From the IMG/VR virus record IMGVR_UViG_3300045988_160791: a stretch of DNA of 44,675 nucleotides, one strand, 5' to 3'. Positions 1 to 11,098 of this stretch are shown here, in pieces. Under the pieces are notes generated by a model that was given only the letters and a program-made list of their open reading frames with translations, did no database searches and was not told where the DNA came from. The first letter of the stretch is position 1. The number at the start of each line of letters is the position of its first letter. The stretch is from a virus. A program made the position numbers and the translations under genes.

Positions 1-246
1 AATTAAAAGTCTTCCTTTCTTTTATTATCTTTTGAAATTGTTGTTATTAATAAATTGTTTTATTTTCTTGGATATAATAGCACTTTTTTTACTTTCTTAA
101 AAGAGATATTATAAAACTTTCTCATAAAATTCACCTACTGTCCATAATCTATGGCTATTTGAAATTTGTAAAAAATTTTCAAAAAAGTATTGACATTTAT
201 TTTATATTGGATTACAATAATAATCGTTCTAAGGAGCAGATCAAAT

Positions 247-320
<74 letters not shown>

Positions 321-359
321 TTTTAATTTATATAATCGTTCTAAAGAGCAAACTAAAAT

Positions 360-433
<74 letters not shown>

Positions 434-523
434 TATATTAAAAGAAGTTTAGTTTTACTAAACTTCTTTTTTATTAAATACTTGATATCTGTTATAAATT
501 GATGTTATAATTATATCGTACTT

Positions 524-598
<75 letters not shown>

Positions 599-608
599 AG
601 TATTTTCA

Positions 609-638
609 AGAGATGCAGAGTTTTCTGTATCTCTTTTT
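609..638 (+). terminator. Rho-independent terminator just inside the left end, candidate terminator of the tRNA transcript
   Basis: AGAGATGCAGAGTTTTCTGTATCTCT followed by T-rich tract. Confidence 0.6.
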
Positions 639-791
639 CTATTTATTTGGCGTAATTTTGGCGTAATTCATATTTATTTTAATTAGATTCTCTACACTTA
701 AATATTGCTTTTCTTCAAAGAATTTTTTCTTTTCCTCTATAGAATATAATCGTATTAGTTCGTTTTCTGCAATAATAATTTCTTTTTCCAT
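639..791 (-). CDS. 50-aa small protein MEKEIIIAENELIRLYSIEEKKKFFEEKQYLSVENLIKINMNYAKITPNK
   Basis: Open frame with GGGAGG ribosome binding site; absent from supplied track because of length. Confidence 0.55.
   Translation of the reverse strand: MEKEIIIAENELIRLYSIEEKKKFFEEKQYLSVENLIKINMNYAKITPNK
647..668 (+). repeat. Left arm-type repeat TTGGCGTAATTTTGGCGTAATT
   Basis: Identical 22 bp at 41698-41719. Confidence 0.8.
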
Positions 792-932
792 ATGTATTCC
801 TCCCTTGACAACATTCTACATTTTTATATAGAAAAAAGTGCATTTTATATATAAAACAATCTAATTTATATATAAAATACACCTAGTTTACAAAAAATGG
901 GAATAGCATTTTTAACCTAAAAATCTTTGTAT

Positions 933-1160
933 CTAAATAATAGTAACAGTTTCGACTACGAACAAATCTTTGATATCTTTTCCCAATGCATCCGCAATAA
1001 GAACAGCTTCATGTAACAAAATTTCATCTGCTGGTAATTCTTGTATTGTTTTTAAATAGTGTCTTTCTATTCCAGTTCTTCTTTCCAATTCTCTTAAACT
1101 TATTCCGGATTCTTGTATTGCCTCTTTAATTTTCATCTCAATATTAATTCCACAATTCAT
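933..1160 (-). CDS. XRE-type helix-turn-helix regulator
   Basis: ISLRELERRTGIERHYLKTI HTH pattern. Confidence 0.8.
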   Translation of the reverse strand: MNCGINIEMKIKEAIQESGISLRELERRTGIERHYLKTIQELPADEILLHEAVLIADALGKDIKDLFVVETVTII

Positions 1161-1357
1161 TTTCTTACTTCATATAGCTCCTTTTCATCAATATTTAGTG
1201 CTACTGCAATTCTTATTAAAATAGAAATTCCTGGCTCCCTTTCTCCATTTTCTATATACCTTAAATGGGATTCAGATATTCCAGTTTTATTTGCTAATTG
1301 CCTTATACTTATATTATATTTTTTTCTAACCTCTTTTAATTTAATAATTATTTGCAT
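1157..1357 (-). CDS. XRE-type helix-turn-helix regulator
   Basis: ISIRQLANKTGISESHLRYIENGEREPGISILIRIAVALN is classic HTH_3. Confidence 0.93.
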   Translation of the reverse strand: MQIIIKLKEVRKKYNISIRQLANKTGISESHLRYIENGEREPGISILIRIAVALNIDEKELYEVRK

Positions 1358-1469
1358 AATACCACCATTTTTTATTTAACATATATTATCGCCACAATGG
1401 TGGTTTTTATGCAGAAAATAAATTTGACACTACAATACATTTTAACAATAATATGTATACAACAGTAAA

Positions 1470-1493
1470 AGAGACTAACTTGCGTTAATCTCT
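1470..1493 (-). terminator. Terminator of the Spo0E-like gene
   Basis: AGAGATTAAC-GCAA-GTTAGTCTCT-TTT on the minus strand; 10-bp stem, stop codon inside the stem. Confidence 0.85.
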
Positions 1494-1627
1494 TTCATTT
1501 TTGTGTTTATTAATTTGTCTAGCTTTTGGCTTTGTTTTAGTATTATGCTATATTCTTTATCTTCCCTTATCATTCGTTCTAGTTTAACTCGGTTACGTAA
1601 TATTAGTAAATCTATACTCATATACAT
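1475..1627 (-). CDS. Spo0E-like sporulation regulatory phosphatase, 50 aa
   Basis: Translated by hand: MYMSIDLLILRNRVKLERMIREDKEYSIILKQSQKLDKLINTKMKEINAS; LR..V...R.MI...........L.QSQKLDKLI matches the Spo0E-family SQxLD signature; extended -10 TGCTATAAT upstream. Confidence 0.72.
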   Translation of the reverse strand: MYMSIDLLILRNRVKLERMIREDKEYSIILKQSQKLDKLINTKMKEINAS

Positions 1628-1713
1628 CACCCTTTTTATTATAGCACATTATGTTAATTATTTGTGTCGAAATTTGTCGATAAAAAAGATTTATCAGTTT
1701 TTTGATAAATCTA

Positions 1714-1742
1714 TTGAATAATCTATTGCGTTTTGATATTAT
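1714..1742 (+). promoter_or_regulatory. Sigma-A promoter for the small hydrophobic peptide
   Basis: TTGAAT-N17-TATTAT. Confidence 0.6.
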
Positions 1743-1788
1743 ATTTTCGTCCTTCCCATTTCCTTGCTCCCAGAAAGAAGGTGAGAAA

Positions 1789-1851
1789 ATGGAGCAATAC
1801 ATAAAATTAATAGCCTTATTATTAATTTTCTTAATTTTAAGAAATTTTTAG
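1789..1851 (+). CDS. 20-aa hydrophobic peptide MEQYIKLIALLLIFLILRNF, candidate type I toxin
   Basis: Strong SD GAAGGTGAG, promoter, tight terminator, single TM-like helix. Confidence 0.6.
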   Translation: MEQYIKLIALLLIFLILRNF

Positions 1852-1855
1852 TAAG

Positions 1856-1888
1856 AAAAATACTAGAGTTCGCACCTCTAGTATTTTT
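1856..1888. terminator. Symmetric (potentially bidirectional) terminator
   Basis: AAAAATACTAGAG-TTCGCAC-CTCTAGTATTTTT, 13-bp perfect stem. Confidence 0.9.
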
Positions 1889-2032
1889 TATTGTCCTATA
1901 TACATAAAATTAATAGCTTGAGACAAGCTTGACACAGACACATATGCAAATAATACAAGTTTTTCTCGTATCTGTATTTAGTATTTTACTAGAGTATTTT
2001 TTAAAAGTCAATACTTTTTTATCATTTTTGAT
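1856..2032 (-). ncRNA. Candidate convergent antitoxin RNA
   Basis: Minus-strand promoter TTGACA-N17-TATACT (2039-2067); would end at the shared terminator; carries the antisense of a repeat also present in the toxin CDS. Confidence 0.4.
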
Positions 2033-2209
2033 AAATTCAGTATATCACAATTTATGTAAAATGTCAAAAAATATGCATATTATCAATAAAAAACGACTTT
2101 TCACAATTGATTTTAAGCCATTTTTATTTTTAATTAATATTGTTTTATGCCTCTGCTTTAAGGGGTTTTGAGGATTTTTAAAAATTTTTTTATTTTTTTG
2201 AAAAAATTG

Positions 2210-2238
2210 TTGACAAGTCGACACGACTATGTTAATAT
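2210..2238 (+). promoter_or_regulatory. Promoter with internal dyad AGTCG-ACA-CGACT
   Basis: TTGACA-N17-TAATAT, dyad 2216-2228 inside the spacer. Confidence 0.75.
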
Positions 2239-2272
2239 ATATTTAACAAAACGAAAGGAAAAAGATGTAAAT

Positions 2273-2962
2273 ATGGAAAACGAAGATGTTGAAATAAGAA
2301 CTACAAAAATATTATTTGCCAAAAATGGAAATGGATATACTACAACCAGAATAACATTACCAGTTCCGTGGATTAAAGAACTAGGTTTTAACGATGCAGA
2401 TAGAACAGCAACACTAACATTTGATGGGAAAAAAATTATTATAAATAAGGAGGATTTTAAAATGGAAGGAATTATTTTAGAGAAAGCGTATGTGCAATAT
2501 GATCAAAAAGGAAATTACGATTTTACAATTGAAAGTAAATATACTAATTTTGACAGTTATGAAGAAGCAAAAGAATATGTTGAGGATAATATAGAAGAAG
2601 ATGTTGAGTATTATTTCTATAAAACACAAGAAGATGTCGATAATAGCGAACATTTTGAAGTTGTTATATGCAATGACTATGACAAAGAAAGAATTGAAAA
2701 AATGATGGATGAAATAAGGAAAGAAGTATTAAAAAAAGAAATGTCTTTATTAGATGTTGATAATGCAATTAAAAATATTACTGGAAGTACATCTAGTGCA
2801 TTCGATTACATTGAAGATGTTTTGGATCAAACAAGTGCTTCATATGCTATTGAAACAAAAATATTAAAAGATAAAGAAATTAACATTAACTTTGATATTG
2901 TTAAGAATAACGAAGATCCGTTAAAAATTATAATTTGGACTTGGGATATTTGGGAAAACTAA
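2273..2962 (+). CDS. Protein with N-terminal AbrB/SpoVT-like DNA-binding domain and C-terminal acidic domain
   Basis: TTKILFAKNGNGYTTTRITLPVPWIKELGFNDADRTATLTFDGKKIIINK; start placed at internal ATG with AAAGG SD. Confidence 0.65.
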   Translation: MENEDVEIRTTKILFAKNGNGYTTTRITLPVPWIKELGFNDADRTATLTFDGKKIIINKEDFKMEGIILEKAYVQYDQKGNYDFTIESKYTNFDSYEEAKEYVEDNIEEDVEYYFYKTQEDVDNSEHFEVVICNDYDKERIEKMMDEIRKEVLKKEMSLLDVDNAIKNITGSTSSAFDYIEDVLDQTSASYAIETKILKDKEININFDIVKNNEDPLKIIIWTWDIWEN

Positions 2963-2963
2963 A

Positions 2964-2995
2964 AATAAGAGGAAGAAAATTCCTCTTATTTTTTT
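2964..2995 (+). terminator. Rho-independent terminator
   Basis: AATAAGAGGA...TCCTCTTATT + T-tract. Confidence 0.85.
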
Positions 2996-3204
2996 TATTT
3001 ATACACTACGTGTTAAAGTTAAACCAATTTTTTTAATAAATTTTAAACTAATAATAGTTTAGAAAATATTATTTTAATTTTAAAATTCATTAAAATACAT
3101 TACATGTTATAGTTAAACAATGAGGTAGATTTATTTAATAAAATCTACGGAATTGTTTGGAATAAAATTATAATATACTATGTTTATATTCTTGTCAATA
3201 CTTT

Positions 3205-3822
3205 TTAATTAAATAATTTATTCCACGTATTTTTCCCTACAATTCCATCCGCAGTTAAACCTTTTGCTTTTTGAAAATTAATTACTGCGTTTTTAGAAGT
3301 GTTTCCAAATATTCCATCTTCTACTCCACAATTATATCCTAGGCAATTTAATTTATATTGTATAATTGCCACTAGGTACTCTTTTGAGCCTTGCTTTAAT
3401 GTTCTTAGACATGGAATATTAACTTTTCTAAAATTTCCTTGAGATAGCCATTGCGGGCTTCTGTCTGTGTCTGCATGTACAAAAGAACCGTAAACACCTA
3501 CACGAATTAATCCCATAGAATAAAAATAATTTGCTAAATCCTGTTGTTTAACAGATTGTATCCACAAATCTAATGCACAGCCTTTTAAATGTCTACTTCC
3601 ACTTTTTCCGCCGACTTTTCTGTTATATGCTACAGTTCTGTATGCGGAATTTATATGTATTGCCTTGCCTAGTAATTCTCTTATGTATTGTGCAAAACAA
3701 CATATTACATAATCGATTTTTATTGCATCTGTACCATCTTTACAGGCTACCTCATATACTTTTATGTTTTGTGTAATGTTTTTTTGTCCATCTCTTTTTT
3801 TACTATAGGTCTTTATGTTCAT
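3205..3822 (-). CDS. Endolysin: Peptidase_M15-type domain plus C-terminal PG_binding_1 domain
   Basis: [32 protein letters not shown] and [16 protein letters not shown]-like repeat [42 protein letters not shown]. Confidence 0.92.
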   Translation of the reverse strand: [205 protein letters not shown]

Positions 3823-4012
3823 TTTCTTCACCTTCTTTTTTTGTAAAATAATATGTAATAATCGCACTAGCTATAGCCATAAATGCTTCTACACTTATTA
3901 TTCCTTTAAATGTTAATATACAGGTTGTTATTATTACTGCTAAACTTAAAATTGTTTTTACTTTAAACAAATTTGCTATATTTATTAAAAACTGTTTTAT
4001 TGCTTCTTGCAT
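3803..4012 (-). CDS. Holin
   Basis: Two TM segments, position next to lysin. Confidence 0.75.
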   Translation of the reverse strand: MQEAIKQFLINIANLFKVKTILSLAVIITTCILTFKGIISVEAFMAIASAIITYYFTKKEGEENEHKDL

Positions 4013-4016
4013 AATC

Positions 4017-4304
4017 TTACTTCCTTTCTTCTTGCAGACAAGACACTTCTTCTTGTATCTTGTCCACTTTAGAATCTATTTTTTTAATTTCTGTGTGCAC
4101 TTTTTCTGTTATGTTATTAATTGTGTTAATGTAACGCAATTCTCTGTCATTATTTTCTTTTTTTAGGTCTTCTTCCCTCTTTTTAGAATCTTCTTTTGTT
4201 TCTTTTACCAATTTTTCGTAATGCTTTATGGTGTAAATCGCTAGGGCTAAGAAACATGCACACCAAATTCCATACTGGCTCGCAATTGTTATAAAATTGT
4301 CCAT
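4017..4304 (-). CDS. BhlA/UviB-like or XhlA-like membrane protein, holin accessory
   Basis: N-terminal TM then charged coiled coil. Confidence 0.6.
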   Translation of the reverse strand: MDNFITIASQYGIWCACFLALAIYTIKHYEKLVKETKEDSKKREEDLKKENNDRELRYINTINNITEKVHTEIKKIDSKVDKIQEEVSCLQEERK

Positions 4305-4305
4305 A

Positions 4306-4506
4306 CTACTCAGCCTCGCTTTCTACTTCTTCTGTTGGTTGCTCTACTACTGCGTAAACTTCTTCTACTTTTAGTGTTAAATTGCTGTATTCTTCATCAG
4401 AAATTTTAGACATTGCATAAAATACATTTAATTTGTTCTCTATGTTTTCTTTGTTCGCATAGTATTTTTTTGTTATTAATTTTTCTAACAATGTTGCTAT
4501 ATTCAT
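4306..4506 (-). CDS. Phage hypothetical protein
   Basis: ORF in late operon. Confidence 0.5.
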   Translation of the reverse strand: MNIATLLEKLITKKYYANKENIENKLNVFYAMSKISDEEYSNLTLKVEEVYAVVEQPTEEVESEAE

Positions 4507-4507
4507 T

Positions 4508-6753
<2,246 letters not shown>

Positions 6754-6761
<8 letters not shown>

Positions 6762-7761
6762 GTTCCTTCACTCCTTCCATAAATTTCCCTTTTTTTATAT
6801 ATAAATCCACATTAGATAGCTTTGTTGCATAAACTCCGTGACATTTCATTTTCCTATCTACATAAAACTGCGGTAGTTGTATTGCTGTTGCCATATTTTT
6901 TACACCTTCGGCTATATCGTTTAGCTCTGCTGTTTTTTCTTCTGCTAAATCTTTGTAATCCTCATTTAAATTCTTTATTTCTGCAATCGCATTTTTTGTC
7001 TCTTCAGCTCTGTTTTCTTCTGCTTGTGCTCTTTTTTCTTCGCTTTCTGCCCTTTTTGCTTCATTTTCTGTTCTGTTCTCTTCTGCGCTCTTTCTGTTTT
7101 TTTCTGCTTCAATTCTGCTATTTTCATTTATAATTCTATCGGATTCATTTTTTATTCGTGTTTTTTCTTTTTCTATTCTTTCTTGCTCTGCTTTTTGTCT
7201 TTCTTCTTCTTTCTGTAGTCTATCTTTCTCGGATTCATTTCGTGTTTTTTCAGAATTGTCTCGGCTTGTTTCGGCTTTTTGTCGTTGCTCTTCGTTTTTA
7301 GAAATTGTTTGCTCTAGTTCGCTCATCTTGGCTATTGCAGAATTTGCAACATCTATCCACTCCTCATATTGCTCTGGAACTGTTTCTGTTGCATCTATAG
7401 CTTCGTAGACTTGCATTTCAAAAATTTTGGATTTAAAAACTTCTTCATTAGCAGTTGTTATATGCAACTGCATTTTTATTGGCTTTGCTACATCTAATAA
7501 ACTATTCTTAACGTTAAAAATATAACTTTCTTCTTGTCTTTCTAAACTTATAAAATATTTTTCTAGTTTATTCTCTTTGTTATATTTTTGTATTTCTAAT
7601 ATTGCCTCACCAATAATGAAAGCAGATAGTTTAAATACTATCTGCTCTATTTCATGCTCTCCAGCAATTCCCAGAAAATTACGTTCTCTGGATTTTATAT
7701 TTCTTGTTTCTGTATCAATATAGATATTATTTTGCATTTTGAACCTCCTATCTGAAACCAA
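6754..7761 (-). CDS. BppU-like upper baseplate protein with long coiled coil
   Basis: DTETRNIKSRE...N-terminal domain then EKNRKSAEENRTENEAKRAESEEKRAQ repeats. Confidence 0.75.
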
Positions 7762-9220
7762 TCACTCTTAATATGTATATATTATTTTCGTTTGCAATAT
7801 GATTATCGTAGCTCCACCACTCACCAAAATAGTCATCGTTATTAGCTCCTTTTGTATATATAGATGTTCCGCTTATAGATACAAGTCTAGATATTGCAAC
7901 ACATGTGCCACTTCGGGGAAATACACGAAACATAGATAAATTAGCATTTTTCCCTTCGGGATCATATATTTTTACAGTATTTCGTTCACCGTATCGCGAT
8001 TTATAGAATATTTCTATACAATTAAAATTAGCTGCCGATTCTTCTAATGTAACTGTGCCAGTAGTTCCGTTATCGTTGTTATATAAAACTTTTCCTCCAA
8101 TTGCATCTCCTTGTGCGTTTTTGATTTTCCCTGTTACAACTAAGTTACCTGTTATAGTTCCTCCAGTTTTATCAATTTTGTTTCCTACAGTTCCATCTCT
8201 TTTTTGTTGTCTTTGTTTATCAGTAAAATCAATTCTTAAATTTCCAGTTTTAAAAGATATAAAATTTTCGTCTGTTATTGTTATTGCACTTATATAACTA
8301 TCGTATATGCTATCTTCTGTCTTTATCTTTATTCGTCTTCCTAAATATAATTTAGAAACATCTATAAGCTTAGAAGTTTTTGCTATACTAAATTCTACTA
8401 AATGTTTATATGTATTTGCTTTTATTGTGTTTAAAGCTTCTTCTTTTGCATTTTCTAATGTGTCACAGCTGATTGTTTCTATTCTTCCAAAGATTCTATT
8501 TGGATTATCTTTGTCTGTTGTTGTGGCTCTATCCGCTGTTAAATATAAACAATAAGTTGAAGAATCTGCTCTTATATATGCTTCTACTTTTGTTACTGGA
8601 TCAACTTCATAAATTTTGTTGTAATTTGTAACTTCTGGAAGTGTTGCATCTATTAGCATCGTTTCTTCTAGCTTATAACCTACATCGATTTTTAATCTTT
8701 TATTTATTATAGAAAACTCTGTGTATATATCTTTGTATTGTCTGCAATTAATTAAGAAAGTGTGGAAGTTATATAATCCATTGTCTTCGTCTATGGCAAC
8801 AGAAGATTTTGTATTACTATGTATATACACATCTATGTAATCTAAATTTAATATTGTATCATTCGTATTTACAAAGTTTTCTAAGATTGTATCTGCTATA
8901 AAATTTTCAATTCCTTTTTCTTGCATTTTTTCTTTATCTTTTAATATTACTTTTCTATCAAAAATATTGGATATATCTAAGGCTGGAACTGTCACACAAG
9001 TCTCATTCTTATTGATTGCTATATCTTCATCTACTACAAATAAAAACTGCTTATATAGTCCGTTTAATACTAAATAACACCCTTTTTTTATATTATTTAA
9101 ATTTGGTAATACAAATTCACTTATTCCGTTTGTTTCTTCGTCTAAATTTAAATTATAATCACATACATTACAAACAGATATTATGTCTAGTGTTTTATTA
9201 TCTACTACATAAAGTTCCAT
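7748..9220 (-). CDS. Siphovirus tail protein (Gp37/ReqiPepy6-like tail spike/endopeptidase region)
   Basis: Order in tail module; MELYVVDNKTLDIISVCNVCDYNLNLDEETNGISEFVLPN. Confidence 0.65.
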   Translation of the reverse strand: MELYVVDNKTLDIISVCNVCDYNLNLDEETNGISEFVLPNLNNIKKGCYLVLNGLYKQFLFVVDEDIAINKNETCVTVPALDISNIFDRKVILKDKEKMQEKGIENFIADTILENFVNTNDTILNLDYIDVYIHSNTKSSVAIDEDNGLYNFHTFLINCRQYKDIYTEFSIINKRLKIDVGYKLEETMLIDATLPEVTNYNKIYEVDPVTKVEAYIRADSSTYCLYLTADRATTTDKDNPNRIFGRIETISCDTLENAKEEALNTIKANTYKHLVEFSIAKTSKLIDVSKLYLGRRIKIKTEDSIYDSYISAITITDENFISFKTGNLRIDFTDKQRQQKRDGTVGNKIDKTGGTITGNLVVTGKIKNAQGDAIGGKVLYNNDNGTTGTVTLEESAANFNCIEIFYKSRYGERNTVKIYDPEGKNANLSMFRVFPRSGTCVAISRLVSISGTSIYTKGANNDDYFGEWWSYDNHIANENNIYILRVIGFR

Positions 9221-9224
9221 AATT

Positions 9225-10170
9225 CTAGCTCACTTTCATTAAATATGCTGTTATTGTAACCATTTTACTTGAGCCTACACCACTTTCTGTCGCACAGATT
9301 AAAGAAATTTTATCGTCAAGTAGTCTTGTTTCTAGCATGTGCCCAGCACAGCTATAATATGAGTCTGCACTAAATATTCCAGTTATCGAAGTTGATATAA
9401 CTATACAATTGTTTTTGTTAAACCCAACAGGATAAGAAACATCAACATTCCCGTTGCCCCTTTAATAAAGTAACATTTCCTTTTACAGATTCGATATTTG
9501 CACTATTGATATATGCATTTCCGTTTGAATCTTCTAAAAAATCCGTTTTAACTTTTCCTTTAATTTGTAAATCGCCATCTATTGTTCCTCCCTTTTTTAA
9601 TAAATAAGCACTACCATCTACAATACTAGCTAATTCTTGTCTTATTTCTTCTAATAAATTTTCCGCTTCTTGATTTTTTTGAATAAATAATTCATTAAAG
9701 TTATTATTAATTAAACTATATAAACTTTCTAAATTTAAAAATGTTCTTCTATCTTCAAAATCTGTTATTCCTGCTTCTGCAACTCTAAATCTAGCAAATT
9801 CGTATTGATATATACTTCCGCCTTCAAATAAATCTTCTTTTGTTAAATTACCATATCCACTAGTGTTTCGTACAACTTTAATTGTTGCTTGATTTAATTC
9901 TGATTTTGTATTTGTTTTTGATAAATCAATTTCACAAACTAGATTGTAGTATCCTGTATTCGTTATGTCTTCGATTGTCTCGTTGCCTATTATTTCTAAA
10001 AATCTTCCCATAACACAAAAATATCCTGCTCCAATCGTAGCAGAATCAATTGTATTACTTAATTCGCAACCTTTTGTTACACCCATGTTTCCTTGTAAAA
10101 ATGTGTTTATAAAATGTGCAAAGGCTTCATTCGCGAATGTTTGAAATTTAAATACATGTCCTCTTAGCAT
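9225..10170 (-). CDS. Tail/baseplate protein; full length requires +1 frameshift at CGG 9451-9453
   Basis: 9442-10170 ORF continues in the +1 frame as GNVDVSYPVGFNKNNCIVISTSITGIFSADSYYSCAGHMLETRLLDDKISLICATESGVGSSKMVTITAYLMKVS, ending 4 nt before the next gene. Confidence 0.75.
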
Positions 10171-10175
10171 CTTTT

Positions 10176-11031
10176 TACCTCCCTTTAAACTGCAATATAT
10201 TCAACATATATAGTTAACCTTGAATTTAATATTTCATTGTCAGCATTTAATTTTACTTCACAAACTCCGTTTGGGTAATTTAAAAAAATTAATATTATTT
10301 AAGTCTAAACTGTTAAATAAATTTTGCATTGTACCATCTTTCAGTTGTTTGCATAATAATAACTCATTATCTTTCGTTGAATATATTAACTTTTCATTTT
10401 CATTTATAGTTATATCTAATTTTAGTTCATTTACCTTTTCTTTATTTACATATACAGATATACACGGATTTAGAATATATCCTCCCATTTCTAATAAAAA
10501 CGGTGCTTTTACATGCCCTTTATTTTCAAATGTTACACTTCTATTTTCATAATCAGTAAATCTTGCATCCCACTCAAAATCCCATCGCAACTCATCAGTT
10601 ATTTCTTCAACAGTATAAATATATTTGTTCTCTTCATACCACAATGATAGACACGCAAATGCAATTGGCTCTGATATTACTCCTGTTGTCTGTATCTCTG
10701 TTTTTTCTAAATTTTGTATTTCTATATCTCTAAAATATGTATTTACTTTATCTTTTTTAGGAATCTTATATTCTAATTTTAATCTTTCTGAATTGATTAT
10801 AAAGTTAACAAATTTTTCATAATTATCATAATTTGAAAAATTTGCAATTCCACTAGGTTGCCCTTGTTCTAATTCTCTAATGTTATTTGTATATGTATTT
10901 TCTATTTTACTATATTCTGTATTATAACTAAATCCTAATCCTGTAATTTCTGTTAATAAACAATACTCATTTATATTCATTAATGAGTATTTTTGCCCTT
11001 TTTCATTTATCAAATTAAATTCTCTTACCAA
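10176..11031 (-). CDS. Distal tail protein (Dit/SPP1 gp19.1 type); full length requires +1 frameshift at CGG 10267-10269
   Basis: Dit-like N-terminus; +1 frame continues GVCEVKLNADNEILNSRLTIYVDILQFKGR to a stop overlapping the next gene's SD. Confidence 0.75.
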
Positions 11032-11098
11032 TATATCACCTCCTCACATTTATTAAAGCGTCAGGAAATCCATTCTGACGCTTTAATTATTTAATTTT

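Noticed and set aside
647-719. Additional CDS running through the left arm repeat on the + strand
   Set aside because: No start or SD; sequence better explained as integrase arm sites.
1503-1802. ORFs 1503-1721 (+) and 1593-1802 (-)
   Set aside because: Overlap the better supported Spo0E-like ORF and small peptide locus; no family features.
1929-2171. + strand 80-aa ORF MTQTHMQIIQVFLV...
   Set aside because: Crosses predicted terminator and promoter elements, no SD; more likely regulatory RNA DNA.
3124-3147. GTAGATT/AATCTAC hairpin downstream of the endolysin
   Set aside because: Short AT-rich stem with no clear T-tract; could be a weak terminator but not supportable.
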